Shown here piece by piece: positions 1-15,798 of a stretch of DNA of 64,000 nt. How positions within the stretch are numbered: position 1 is the first letter of the stretch; the number at the start of each line of letters is the position of its first letter. Location of the stretch: NCBI RefSeq assembly GCF_009914755.1, contig NC_060937.1; one strand, given 5' to 3'. The stretch comes from the human T2T-CHM13v2.0 reference genome, Homo sapiens. The notes beneath the pieces were generated by a model, which had not been told where the DNA came from, did not search any database, and saw only the letters and a program-made list of their open reading frames with translations. The position numbers and the translations under genes are program-made.

Positions 1-907
1 TATTCAGTAGGCAATCTAATATCAATTTATTTTCCCCTCTGAGTGAACATTTACTTGTTGCTATTGTATGTATAAAGAACTATAATGACAGGATTATTAG
101 AAGGAATTCCAATTACCAAAGTAAGTTGCCTCTGGATTATTTTCAAGTTTTTTTTTCTCTTGACATTCCAATATTTATAAGGAGTTTTTATCTAAGCACT
201 AATTTTATGTATCATTGGGATAACATCATGGCTTTGGAATTATTCTCTTTTAATTTCTATCCTTTTATCATGTGCTACTTTCATCAAATACCAATTACCC
301 AGATAATTCCTATGTATCCATTTTCACTAATAGCTACATAATTCTTGTCCTGATACCAGGGTCCCCGCAAACGTAATTCAAAATCCTTTACAGTTCATGA
401 ATTAATATTTCAATAAATATGGGCTTGTTTTGTTGTTTAAGAAACAACAAAAAGTCAACTCACCCTTGTTTTCATTGAGATAAATTTATTACTTATATGT
501 TGCTTTCTTCCCAAAAGATTTAGGTGATGTTAAAATTATATGCAAACAAGACAACTGCTAATTTATAATGCTTATAAATAATGCCATGAAAATAATGGGG
601 AACCATGCAGACCACCATATATGCCTATACAGTTTCTGTAATTGAATGTTCAATTGAGCTCTCAGCTTAGGTAGAGACAAACTATAACAGTGGTTTCATA
701 TACTTTTCATTGTCGAATAAAATAAAAAAATCAGTTCCTCAGGATCATTAGCATTATTTCTTAGAAGTGAATTTTAAAATGAATTTGTCATTTGGAACCC
801 TATTCAATGTATGCTGAATGTAACAGATAATGCAATTAAAACTACTTTTGCAGTAGAATAAATAATTCTTTTCAAATTCAAATAAAATTTTCAAATAAAA
901 TGGTGAA

Positions 908-1225
908 TGTTGAATTTAACCTGGGCCCTGTGCTCATGGAAAATGCTTATGGTTAAGACATTTCCCTATTCCTAGCACCACTTTTTTTTTTTTTTAATTC
1001 CAGAAAAAAGCCAACTGCAAAAGAACCACCCTTCTCTGTATGATTCATTTTCTCTTCTTTTCACCACTCCAGGAAGACTCGCAGATGGTTTCATTTGTTC
1101 ACCTGCCTCTATAAAACCCAAGATATCCTTCTTTTTCTTTGAAATCTTTCTCATTGTGATCATCCTTCCTATGCAATAGCCTCAATAAAGTCATCTTAAT
1201 CATGCAGTGCATGCTGTCCTTCAAG
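908..1225 (+). mobile_element. Old ERV solo-LTR remnant (subfamily uncertain, LTR47/MER73-like)
   Basis: Starts tgttgaatttaacctgggccctgtgctc, an LTR-like 5' end; TATA-like ctataaaa near 1110 followed by AATAAA near 1184; right boundary approximate. Confidence 0.5.
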
Positions 1226-3226
1226 TTGCTTTGAGGCTGTGTGGGAATTGGGAGTATAACATTCGAGCATTATTGTTTTCAGGGTCTCAACTTCAGTCAC
1301 TTTTCTAACTTCTTTTTCTTATTTAAATCTAGTTTAGACAATATGTGAGATAACTAATTCCTAATAATTTTGAAAAGTTTACTTTTTATACATTTATTTT
1401 GTGAGTCTCCAGGCTTCAAGTATTGCCAAAGCTTAATGTTTTTTATCTATAGATATTTATTGTTCTAAATTAGAGAGAATAACAAGCAGTTTTATAAAGA
1501 TGAAGGAATAATCAGGTAAAATTGAAGATAGAAAAGAAGAAAAAGAATAAAAGACTAGCTTCAAGGTTTTTGTTCTCTTCAGATATTTAGTGTTGATAGC
1601 TAATTTTTTTCAGAATTTCTCATCTATGTGCTAACATTTTCTAGTAGCTATTTCCACAGAAATGAGTTCATTATGACACTTCTATTTGCATATTCTGGTT
1701 TAACTGCTTGCACTGTCGGTCCTTTTCTGGTGATAACGGAATATAAAACAAGAAATTCTGCTCTTAAACATTTATAAATTTGAGTGTTGGCACATCCTGT
1801 TCTTAAGTACAACTTTCAACTACCCTCTTTACTTCATTGTCCAATTTACATATTTTAAACACTGTTCTTCCCTCCAGAAAATATCAAAGATTTTCTTCAC
1901 TTTGTTTCTTTCCAATCTGAAACTAAAATGAGCTATAGACAATACTCTTTTCACGTGAGAGACACTCTTGGCTTTTCCATCTTATCTGGCCTTCTACTCA
2001 AGTGTCTTAAGCAAGACCTCTCCAGAGTTCATACTAAGCAGTCCCCACACTTTCTGCCCATCCAACCTCCAGTCTGAATCCCAAATATTTGATAATCACT
2101 CACAAGTTTGTTCATGGCAACCATGTAAGAGAAGTGAATACAATTACACCATTGTACAATATGAAGGATTTTATATACTTACCATTATAGAAATTAATTC
2201 GTGATCAATAATTAAAACTTCAGTTAGAATAAGAATAAATATTTTAAGCTTCTTAGAATTACTATTATTATGATAAACTCTTATTCTCATATTTTATTGT
2301 ATGAAAGCAGACTTATTTCATATAAGACTTGGTGAATTTTATTTGCTGGGATCAAAGGAGACATCACTTCTGTTTGCTCTTAACACAGAGTCATTCCTTT
2401 GCTGTCACAGTGACTGTAGGTACTGTAAGTGACCCACAAACAGCTTTGAAAGAAAAATAAAATGTATAAATCACACATTATATTATCTTTAAAGGTTTGT
2501 TACCTTTCATATGACAACTAGGTCTCAAGAGCAGCATTCCCACATTGTTTAGTCATATTATAAATGACAATGCAGAAAAAAAAAGGATGTGTTGAAAAGG
2601 GGATACAAATTTTAGCAAAAGATTAAAAATCCAAGCATGTACAACATTTCATGTAACTATCCTGATGAAAACTGGCATATATTTCATATAAATATTTCAT
2701 TAAAATGCTAAAAAAAAAAACAAAAATATTTTCTCCATCCCAGCTGAAGTTATTTTTATTACCTACTTCATCATACGCAGATACTCATTTTAGGTCTAAT
2801 GTTTACTCATCAAGTTGCTAGTCAAGTAGGAATATTCTTGAGTAAAATACATCATTATAACCTTACAACTATTTAGTTAAGTTTGAGTTTATCATAGCCT
2901 TGATGTTCATAGTAATTTCAGAGGGAAGTATTTGAAACATCAGATAGTTGCCAGTTTTAAGTACTACTTTTAGAAAACAATGTTTTATTACAGTCAAATT
3001 AGATGCTTATGCTGATAACTTACTGTTAAGGTGTTCATAGTTAATCTCACTAGAAAGTATTATATAGGAGGCCAAACATTTGAAGGAAAAGAACTATATG
3101 TAGTTAGTACAATGACCTGAACGAAAGAGGGAAAGACTATTGTGAATATAAGCTATCATTAAAGAACAACATCTATTGATGGACTTATTGGTAATTTTAA
3201 AACTTAAGAGTAAAAAAGACCCCCAT

Positions 3227-3290
3227 AAAACTATTGAAAAACAACTATTGAAAACTATTAAAAAAAAAACTATTGAAAAACTATTGAAAA
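3227..3290. repeat. Short tandem array of five (A)nCTATTG units
   Basis: aaaactattg-aaaaacaactattg-aaaactatta-aaaaaaaaactattg-aaaaactattg read directly. Confidence 0.8.
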
Positions 3291-4318
3291 GATAAGTAGT
3301 CCCTTTATTTTACTTAGACAAACTGAAATTAGAAATACTTATCCCCATATATACTTTGATTTAGATTTTCCAGAAAGAGTGATTGAGCTAATTTTTTTTT
3401 TGACAGAAAATGGGTAAAAGTGAATAAGTCTTTAAGAAGTCTTGGAAAGCACTCATCATCTCTCTGTTGAGTCTGCTCAGATGTCTCACAATGGCAAATG
3501 CACATTCCCTTTGACCAGTATTCTCATTTTTTTACAGAAATAAAGTAGGCAGTTAATTACTAAGCTTCTTACAATATTGTTTGTGTAAATAAAAACAAAA
3601 AATACTGTGAGTACTCATCAGTAGGCATACAGTTAGATAAATTATAGTATATGTATTTGTAAAGTACTTTGACGCATTTTAAAAGAATGAAGTAGACCTA
3701 CATGTAAGAAAATGGAAGAGTATTTTATTATATTTATATATACTTATTTATTATAACTGAAAAATCAAATAACATGAATCCTGTATTCACTATTTATAAG
3801 AAAAATCAATTTGTAGGGGTGTGTGTATTGATAAAGAGAGAAAGAGAGAGTAGATAAAAATCTCTACTTTGAAATCAAGTGTTAAAAAATGTGATTTTAA
3901 CATATATTCTGTAATTAAATTGAATATTTATATTGTTAATTGATGGGAATTTAATTTCAGTGAAACTGGGAGTTTATCAGTCAATTTGTCCTAACCCATC
4001 TCTCCCTCAGTGTTCTGTCTAAATCTGGGACTAAGGCACTGATGAAGAGTGTAACTCTTGTTCTTCAGCATCTGTCTATGTTGGAATATGCAAGGATTTA
4101 TTCATCATTATATGATCTATTGTCACTTCAGACAGTTGGAATGTATGGTTCCCTTGGCTGTGAGCGCAAAGCTCTTTATAAGTAAACAACCTTTCAGTAC
4201 AGAGTTAGAAGGATGCACATGAAGCAAAGTTACCCATGTGGCACATGGCCAGGTGTCACTCCCTTCCCAGCATTCAAGAACAAAATGAGAGTAAAGATAT
4301 AAAATCACTCTTTGATAC

Positions 4319-5050
4319 TGAAATGCGATAAGTTCCCTTATCCCCCTCACAGGGCACACGATGGGAATGGGTCCCTTTTTCAGCACCCCACTGCTCAAAC
4401 CTCTAGGAGAGCATACACACAGGCAGGTTGTGGAGCGCTGACCCCATGGCAGTGTCCTGGGGTGAATGTTTACAGCTCCTGAGGCCCCCGTGGGCGTGTG
4501 TTACAGTGTGCTCTTTCAGTTTTGGCATCCGAAGGTGGCTTGTGTTAATCAGCTCAGTTAGATCCTCTGCCTTATTGCAAGGACAGAGGGCTTTCTGTAT
4601 CCCAGGTTCTTGCCTTAGCATACCGGAAAAATCAGATCACATGTGGGCTTGGAGAATGAGTACAAGGTTTATTATTGAGTGATGGTGGCTCTCAGCAAGG
4701 TGGATGGGGAGGCCAGAAGGGGGATGGAGCGGGAAGGTGGTTTTCCCCTGGATTTGGGGTGCTCAGCAGCTAGACTCTCCTCAGACCACCTGGCCAGATT
4801 CCCATTCCCGTCATTCCACTGCAAATGGTCTACCAGCATCTGCTGGTGCCTGTCGGTGTGCTAATGGGGTTTTTATAGGCAAAGGATGGGGATGTGGCAA
4901 GCCAGGGTGCTCTTGGGAAATGCAACATTTGGACATAAAAACAAAGATGCCTGTTCTCACCCAGGTTCATGGGGACAGGCCTGGGGGTGGAGCCCTCGCC
5001 AGGGACCCGCCCTTCTCTACCCAGCACTTCCCTGCCTCCCTCCTGCATCA
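4319..5050 (-). mobile_element. Complete ERV1 solo LTR, LTR1/LTR27/LTR28 (HUERS-P2-related) group
   Basis: TG...CA termini; exact 4-bp TSD ATAC at 4315-4318 and 5051-5054; minus strand begins tgatgcaggagggaggcagggaagtgctgggtagagaagggcggg; GC-rich against an AT-rich flank; AATAAA on minus strand (tttatt near 4669). Confidence 0.85.
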
Positions 5051-5971
5051 ATACCACAAGTTAACAACAGCCAAGATTAGTTCAAGCTAAGGTGGGTTCA
5101 GGGTAGAAATACAGGAAAATTCCAACAAATCTTGCTATGAAAAACTCTAATAAATACACCCTTTAACATAAGACACAATTATTGTCATTTAGAGTTACAA
5201 ATACCTAATATTTTCATTACTGTTATTTAACATCTGAAATGATATAAGGAAAAATTGGTTACTAGCCTGTGATTGAAAATTTCTTACAGAATATTGTCAT
5301 GATGATTTTGCTATTGAAAATAAGACACTAGAATTATACTCAGTGTTTATATTTTGAAGTTTGGGTTTAAAATTCTAATTTGAATTTTTAAACAAGAAAA
5401 CAGCATGACAATGAATAATAATTTAGTTCTTGAGTATCACTGAGACTTCACTTCTTACCTAAGAAAAAATAGCTCAAGGCAATAATGCTTAAACTCCAGT
5501 ATCTCTAAGCCATTTTTGAAATTATAATATTGAAAATGAGCACCTATATGCCCTTTCTCCAGGAGAAACGGACCAATGAGAACTATGCCCTGTTTTGATC
5601 ATCAAATACTGTGAGCCATGGGGGAGAGAATGAGAAAAGGGGGAATTTTAAAGCATGAGGCACCATTTCTCCTTCTAGTGGCAAGTACTTGTTCCAAAGA
5701 AACTCTGATACCTACCTTATCTTATGTGACATTGTCTATAAGATGCTAAAATGTGTGGCTCACAAGAGCTACACTAATTTCCTAGTCTTTATTTAACATT
5801 CCATCTATTCCATTAAACTTTGCTTGGACAATTGGAAGTGAACTGTCAGGTAGGAAAGAAGAAAGTTTGGCCCAAGTCTTCATTTCATTCTATGTCCGCT
5901 CACGATATTTCTCACATCCATATTAGACCAGAGTCCTTTATAAATGTCCACTATTAAAAATTTTCTATTTG

Positions 5972-6604
<633 letters not shown>

Positions 6605-6609
6605 CTAGA

Positions 6610-7035
6610 GTACCAATTGGATCTTTGAGGAAGCAGATGTGTGGGGGCGGGGGAGGGCAGATGATACTGTAAAAGATAAAAGTGGAAAAAATTACAGGAA
6701 GCATGATTGGGCAGGAAGCATGATGGGGCAGGGTGAACCTTAAATAATGATGCAAATTAGATGAAACATTGGTCAATCCAGTGTGGAGCTCTGGAGCAAA
6801 GAATGCATTTAGTGGAGTCCAAACTTGGGCAGAAGTGGTCAGGCTTTATCTGGCAGCCTGGCTTTCCTTAGTTATTGTCTGGGGACTGCTAGGGAAATGT
6901 GTGGCTTGGGCTTAAAACCAATGGCTGTTCAAAAAACCATTGTAGCAGAAAGCTGCTCCGTTTGCTGTAGTCCTTAGAGCTAAATGGAAAATTCTTTTTG
7001 AAGGAAGATCCAAGTCAGGCAGATATAAGGCCACC
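6610..7035 (-). mobile_element. Old ERVL LTR (LTR16-like)
   Basis: ggaagcagat...gaagcatgattgggcag...ggagctctggagc...caggctttat motifs recalled from the LTR16 antisense consensus; highly diverged. Confidence 0.55.
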
Positions 7036-7762
7036 ATCTTTACCTTATCTTTAATTCCTCAAGATAACATAGGTTTCATCCAGGCCAATCACCAAGCTCG
7101 CTGAGTAGAAATGTGTTTCTGAAGGGGAAAATTACAATTCTTTTCAATCAAATTAGCTTTTAGGACAATTCACTGATGTGGGAAAATTTTCCAAAGCTTT
7201 ATAAATTATCTTATGTGCAGATATACTATGCCATATCATTATTCCCACAAGATACAGTAAGTTGTAGCTGAATAAAAAACATCTTTCCTCCACATTTTTA
7301 CCAGTATTACAGATGTTTTTCTGAGTAGAAAAAAAAAGAATGTCTTGGAAATGTTGAGTCTGGACTCTCCACTTGTCTCCGCCTAGCTGAGAAATGTGTT
7401 CTCACATTGCACACTTAAGGGAGCATGATTCAAATACACACCACAGTAAAATGAAAATATTTAGTTTTGCTTGTTAGTTAAAATGGCAGCTGTTAACTGC
7501 CATGAATGACAAGGGTATTCTATAACTCCAAAACAGTTTTTAACACAAAGATATGACTGTTCCTATTTTTAATAGTGGGCATTTCATGAATTTCAGAAAA
7601 AACCTTTGCAAAATTATTTACACTAATCAGCAAAAGAGAATGCTGTGTTAATAATTGGAGATTTGAAAAGTGATTATAGAATAAATTTCTGTGTGCAGGT
7701 ATAGGGAATGTAAGTCATTATTCCAAATCCTAGTAAAATAAGGGTATTAAAAAGCTTTATCA

Positions 7763-8143
<381 letters not shown>

Positions 8144-8624
8144 TTATTCCTTTTACTAAAATCAGGGCAAATTTCTGCTTCTAGCTATGATACGCTAGAT
8201 TGAAATAAGACTAAATAATACCAGCAAAGACTATCTAGAAAAGCTAGAAAACATGATTAAACAATTCTAATATTGCAAAAAATTGAGTTGAAACCATAAG
8301 AAATCTACCCTCAAACAAGATTTTAGGACTCAAGTTTTCAGAAGAGAGCTCCTAAGAGAAAGTGACAAAAATTCCTTCAAAGTATTTGCCACATTTAAGT
8401 GGAAGTTAGAAAGTCCAGCAGAAAGTGGCCAGTAATGGGCTGCGAAGCTAATCATGGGTTTTGACGATGTCATTGGGCTATGGAGACAAAAGTTACAGAA
8501 TACTCTGGTTGAAATACATAATAGAAAAACTAAATAGTTTTATATGTATCGAAGATATAGAAAGCGTAATTTAAATATTTTAAGTTTTCAAGTCCCAGAT
8601 GATGATTTCTGTCCAATATATGTA

Positions 8625-8967
8625 AATTCGTGTGCTGCATAATGACATTGCAGCCAATGATAGACCATGTATGTGAGGGTGGCCTTATAAGATTATATCA
8701 TATTTTTGCTGTACCTTTTCTATGTTTAGATATGTTTAGATATACAAATACTAATCATTGTGTTACAATTGCATGCAGTATTCAGTACAGTCATATGCTG
8801 TACAGATTTACAGCTTAGAAGCAATAGGCTCTACCATATAGCTTAGGTGTGTAGTAGGCAATACCATCTATGTTTTTGTAAGTACACTCTGATGACCACA
8901 CAACAATGAAATCACCTAGTGGTTCATTTCTCAGAACCTATCCCAGTCATTTAACCACACATGACTA
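8625..8967 (+). mobile_element. Tigger3a/MER7-type TcMar DNA transposon MITE
   Basis: tttttgctgtaccttttctatgtttagatatgtttagatatacaaatac...gcaataggctctaccatatagc; ends catgacta followed by TA. Confidence 0.88.
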
Positions 8968-8971
8968 TATA

Positions 8972-9870
8972 TAGAAGAAACAATGGGAATAGCAAAGGCT
9001 TTTTATTCTGAACTTGTTATGGTAGGAAACTTAGTCACCCTCAGTTGAATTTTGGCAGAGACTCAAATGTAGGCAGAAGAATAGGAAAGGTTCACAGTGG
9101 AAAAATGGGAAGGTTTCAGTTAGCTCTGATTGGAGGCCATTGACGGGGAAGATGTTCTTGGGTTAATCAGAAGAGGGACATCCTATATGATTGATTGGGG
9201 GTGCATATTAAGCTTTTTATGGCTGATCCTATGTATTAGTCCATTTTCATAATGCTATGAAGAAATACCTGAGACTGGGTAATTTATAAAGAAAAAGAGG
9301 TTTAATGGACTCAGAGTTCCACATGGCTGGGGAGGCCTCACTATCATGGCAGAAGACAAAGGAGGAGCAAAGGCACATCTTACATGGCAGCAGGCAAAGA
9401 ATATGTGTGGGGGAACTGCCCTTTATAAAACCATCAGATCTTGCAATACCTATTCACTATCACAAGGACAGCATAGGAAAAACCCATTGCCATGATTAAA
9501 TTACCTATTATGGCGTCCCTCCCATGACATGTGGGGACTGTGGGAACTATAATACAGGAAGAAATTTGGGTGGGGACACAGGCAAACCACATCATCCTAA
9601 GTTAGAAGAGGAGACAAAAATTAGGAAAGCTGTCAGTTGTTAATCAAGTCCTGGCCATTTAGATCCAATTGTTATAGAAGTTACTGTTCAGCTTTCTGAG
9701 TTGTCACTAGAGATAGAAATCTGGCTTTCTGCAAGTCTAAATTACAACAAGCTAACTTCCTGATTATTGATTGTAAAAAGGGATTTGGTCTTCTGGGTTG
9801 CTGCAGGTAGTAGGTCAAAGTTCTGTTTTTATATGTAGCCTGTCCATTGTCCACCTGTCTCATAATCACA
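8972..9870 (-). mobile_element. Old ERV1 LTR (MER89/MER90/MER34-group) split by a THE1 insertion
   Basis: Minus strand starts tgtgattatgagacaggtggacaatggacaggctacatataaaaacagaac; sequence is continuous across the THE1 TSD. Confidence 0.6.
9232..9594 (-). mobile_element. THE1 (THE1C-like) MaLR solo LTR
   Basis: tgtattagtcc...gagactgggtaatttataaagaaaaagaggtttaatggac...aaaccacatca; exact 5-bp TSD TCCTA at 9227-9231 and 9595-9599. Confidence 0.92.
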
Positions 9871-9893
9871 GAAAAGAAAAAAAAAAAAACACT

Positions 9894-10271
<378 letters not shown>

Positions 10272-10316
10272 TTATTTTAATATTGTAAGAGTCAAAATCA
10301 TTTAATTTACCACATT

Positions 10317-10772
10317 TTTTACCAAAACACCAGGAGTTTGCTCTAGGTTCTGCTGCTTGCCACACAGAAAGCCAACGACTGAGATGAAAAGTAATGCTAA
10401 GGAAGTGCCAAGGAAGCCTTTAATCCTGTGCTGCACTCAAGGAGATGGGAGATCAGTCTCAACTCCATCTCCCTGGCCAACTAAAACTAGGGGTTTACAT
10501 GACAGAGAAGAAATGTAACAATGTGTAAGAAAACAGGAACTATGGTGGGGCCAGGAAGCAATCATGATGAATGAAGGATTTTGCATCTCATTGCCTTGGT
10601 GCAGTGATCTGGTGAGTTTCAGTTCTTTGATACTTTCTGAGAGGCCTGGGTGACCTTTCCTGAGGAAGAAATTGAGATTAGAAAAATGTAAGTTCCAAGC
10701 TTCAAGACTAGAAGGGCCAAATTTCATGTTTATCCCCAAAAACCTGTCTATGGGACTACTGGGTCAATTTCA
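10317..10772 (-). mobile_element. ERV1 solo LTR (MER66-like, MER4 group)
   Basis: Minus strand starts tgaaattgacccagtagtcccatagacag; 4-bp TSD CATT at 10313-10316 and 10773-10776. Confidence 0.75.
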
Positions 10773-12182
10773 CATTCACAGAAAAATGAAAAAAAAAAAA
10801 GTTCTCAATGAATAAAGAAAAAGAATTTGAAAAAGTATAATGCTCTTTAATGATAAAACTTATCAGACAACTAATCAAAACTAGGTTAGTACTTGATTGA
10901 ATACATGGGAGAAGGTGTAGATATATCAGAGGCCAGAAATCATGGGCCATTTAAGAATCCTGCTTACCACACACACCTAACAAATGTCAGCATTCAATGT
11001 GTTCAATGGTGAAATATTAAAAGCTTTTCTCTAAGATAGAAGGAAACATGTATCTCCCTTCTCACAAACTCTATTGAAAATGCCACTCTAACTCCTATCC
11101 AATTCAACAATGCAAGAATAAGAAATGAAAAACATAAAGATACAAAAGAAGAAGTTAAATTCTCATTTTTTGTAGACTCATGATTTTGTATAAAAAATTT
11201 TAATTAATCTTTCAAAAGAACAATTAGAATCAGTAATTGAACTTTTGAAGTGGGCTGAATAAAGGATCAATATATGAAATTCAAATGTAATTTAATATTC
11301 CAATAATGTATAATTAAAATGAAAATAATAAATGAAACCATTTGCAATTAGCATCACAAACTTCAATACGTAGGAACAAACCTAATAAATAGTGTACAAA
11401 CATTCCACTCAGTTAACAATGAAATATTATTGACAACAATAAATGAAATCTAAATGCTATCACTATCCATGTTCATAGACTGCAATCCTCAATGTTCTGA
11501 ATGTCAATTCTCTGAAAAATGCTCTGTATATTTAATGCATTCTCAAACAAAATCTCAGGTTTTTATATATTTTTTTTTTTACTTTTTAGAACATTACATG
11601 CTGATTTTAGAATATATATGGAAGTCATAAGAGCCAAAGAAAACCAAGAGTCTGAGGCATCAGTAATTAATGCAATGTGATATTGGCATTAAAGAAAAAA
11701 GATATGCAAATGCCCTTGAGACATACGAGAAAGGTGCTTAACCTCATTAACCATTGAGAAAATTCAGTTTAAATCCCAATGGCAAATCACACCAACAGAA
11801 ATGACCAAAATTAGGAGACTAACAAATGATAAATTTTGGGAGGTAGTGTTTCTATTTGTGCTGACACTGGAGGAATTTTATACTAATATAATCATTTTAG
11901 AAAATTATTTAGTAGAATATTATGAATTAGATTATTTGTATCTTCTAGGACCAGCAGTTCTTCTTCCTATCATATATCAATCACACACAAGTAAAAGTGT
12001 GTACTAAATGACATGTAGATGTATGTTTATAGAAGTATTATTTATAATAATCTCAAACTGGAGATGTGGCAACTGCCCTACAATAGTAGAATGCATATAG
12101 TTTTGCAATGATACAACACAATATTATATAATAATAGAATTACTAAGAAAACAAGCTTCATGAAGTAAAGTGATTGAATCTG

Positions 12183-12243
12183 TCTCCCTTTCTCTCTCAC
12201 ACACATTTGCGCGCGTGCACACACACACACACACACACACACT
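12183..12243. repeat. Compound (TC)n-(CA)n-(GC)n-(CA)n microsatellite
   Basis: Read directly. Confidence 0.9.
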
Positions 12244-13484
12244 TACCTGAAAGAAGCTAGACAAAAAAAGTCAATATTGTAAAAGGAAAACCCAACCTAT
12301 GGTGCTAGAAGTTAGGCTAATGTATACTTTGAGAGATAAATGGGGCTAGAACTGAGATAGTTCTTGAGTGCTGCCACAGAGGAACTGGGATATTACATTA
12401 TTCCTTGATCTCTCTGTTAATTGCCTGGACATATTTACTTTGGAAAACTGAACTTCATGCCTAAGATTTCTATACTTTTTAAATATATTTTATACTCAAA
12501 ATCCTAAAATCTCAAGCTATCATGGGCTTGACATAATTAAAACACTTTTTCATACTTTTGCAGATAAAGAAAATTTCAAGCTTACTATATTTACATTATC
12601 CTGCTAGCTCACATTATTAAACCAAAAAACATATAGGCATCTGTCATTTAATACCTTTCATATTTGTAGGACACCCAACCATACATCTTCTTTGGTACCC
12701 CATGTAGGAGAAACTGTATTCCAGCTGTTTCTTTGCCTGTCTGAAATTTATTCCTGAATAAGATCCAGCTGGCTTCAATACAAATCTATTTTTACTGAGG
12801 TGATGCTTAGAAGCACTCATCAAGGTCTTAAAATAGAGGCTAGTGGTGAGACTCAACAAACTACAAGCTAGTTTTTCATATCATTCACACACAAATGGTG
12901 TACAATCTGGTCATCCATAACATCAAATTGATGCCAAGGTTTAAAGTGCTATATCCCAGATGCTTCCAACTACATCAGCATTTTGATCAAAGTCAAAGGT
13001 CCTATACCCGTAATACATTTTTTTTGACATGTTTAAACAGGACTCTGTTATGGTCATAAATTAAGAGCAGCAAAAAATATTCCCAGAAATGGTGGTGGTA
13101 TTACCTGGAAGTAAAGGTGTCATTATCAAAGCTTCAGAGCAATTTTCCAGTCAATGTATTCACAGATAACCTAACTTTTATCCCCCTACACATACATCAG
13201 CCCAGCATTTCTATCTCCATTGATTTTACTTGCAAATCTCTCTTCTGCAAATTTGCAATTATTTCACTGGTTTCAGGTTGGCAGATTTTGTCTTATGCCT
13301 AGTATCAGTTTTACCTGCATATCTGTAAACACTAAAGCCACAGAGGTAGTAAGAGTTGAGGGGGTCATATTTGACTAAATAGTCTGACTTTATGCCTTCC
13401 ATGTCTAACCAGTATATTATATTCCATGGCAGAGAAGAAATATTAAATAGATTATTAAATAATTACAGTTATAAGTGCTAATGC

Positions 13485-13597
13485 CTTTTTTATTATTTGT
13501 ATAAGTTTATAGGGTACAAGTCTAATTTTGTTACATGCAAGATTGCATGGAGGTGAAGTCAGGGCTTTTAAGATATCCATCACCCAAATAATGTATT
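13485..13597 (-). mobile_element. Short L1PB/L1MA 3' terminus
   Basis: Poly-T then tttatagggtacaagtctaattttgttacatgc...ccatcacccaaataatgta. Confidence 0.7.
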
Positions 13598-14639
13598 AAT
13601 GCATTCTTAAAGATGGTTTGTACTTTCTCTTTGTCCTTTCCAAATGGGTGGAGGACAGCCTGTATATTGTGAGTTCCACTTTAAACTGTCAATCCTACAT
13701 CATCCTTTCATGTTGGGTGATTATGTCACCTTAGTACAGTACCCTCTACAACCTTATACCTACGATCTACTATCCTCGACATTAGGAAAATGATCTATTC
13801 CTTTCCTAATTGAATATTTTCCTTGTGAGATATTTCCTGTTAGCTATTTCCTAATAGCCCACCCATTATTTTGTAAAGCAACCTGGTGATAAACCAAGAG
13901 CCACAAAAACCTGGCCTACATATATATTTTTAAATGTTGTTTAAATTATATAATTTACTTAATATTCATAAACATATGCTTTTGAAATCTCCTAAACAGA
14001 TGGAAATTTCAAACAAGAGCAGACTCAATTCCATGTGGTAACTGCTATCCATAGACTGAGCAGCAGCTACGTCTTTCAGAGGGGTACAGGCACCCCCTTA
14101 CCAGCACCCACCATTTGCACAATAATTGCATAGGCATTTATTCTTGTCATATATCATTTACTTATGTTTCCTCACTGGCCACAATGTGCATTTGAATTGG
14201 TTGTGCCTATTAAAATCCCTAGTAGGCTACCTATTAACTCTTGTGGTTCCCCTTGCAAAGAGAAATTTAGAAATTTATTTTGCCCCTGAAAGTTTTTACC
14301 ACAAAAAGAAATGATTTGTCAATTATCTAATAAAACCAGTTTAATCTCCTCTTGGAGCTAAAGATGTTTCATCTCTCCCAGGCTTAATTTCCATGATTTG
14401 GAACTACAGGTGTAAATGTCAGGAAACATTGCAAAAGAGTCCTTTAGATTCGGCTAAAAAAAAGAGAACAGAATGATTCAATGTGTTTGTAAGTTTGAGG
14501 GGTAAGGGAAAAATGCCAACCAATGTACCAGAGCTGCAAAATTTCTCAACTTGTTCAGCTTAATTTTTTTTGGAAATTAGTGCCTAAATTATCGAAATAT
14601 GTTTTTCTCCTCTCCTTCTGTTTAACCTAATAAAATAAT

Positions 14640-15135
<496 letters not shown>

Positions 15136-15488
15136 TATAGGGGAAAAAAGCAAACACATGCACACAATCATGCATAGGGGTGTATGTGTATATATTTATG
15201 TATTATACATATAGGCATAGTTATATGCATACATATGCAATCATATATAATACTTATTAAACATGCAAACAGTCTCCTTTTTGGTACAGAAAAAAATCAG
15301 TGAAAAAGTGTGGGCCAATATACAGTTAAATTTTAGCATTTCACACTTACTTAACATACTGAAATGTTGAATTGAATTAAATATTTAAGCAACAGTAGGA
15401 CTTGACAGCTTCTAAAAGTCAAAGTGGAAGAGAAAAGTATCACTGGGGAAACCGTAATGTCTAGTGCTTAATCTACCTTGACTATTAG

Positions 15489-15798
<310 letters not shown>

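Noticed and set aside
3227-3290. Repeats with variable spacing suggesting a CRISPR-like array
   Set aside because: Units are about 10 bp and the spacers are only A runs; slippage repeat in eukaryotic DNA with no cas genes.
4403-5090. Cluster of overlapping ORFs in a GC-rich island
   Set aside because: All lie in a solo LTR bounded by TG/CA and a TSD; high GC explains the scarcity of stops.
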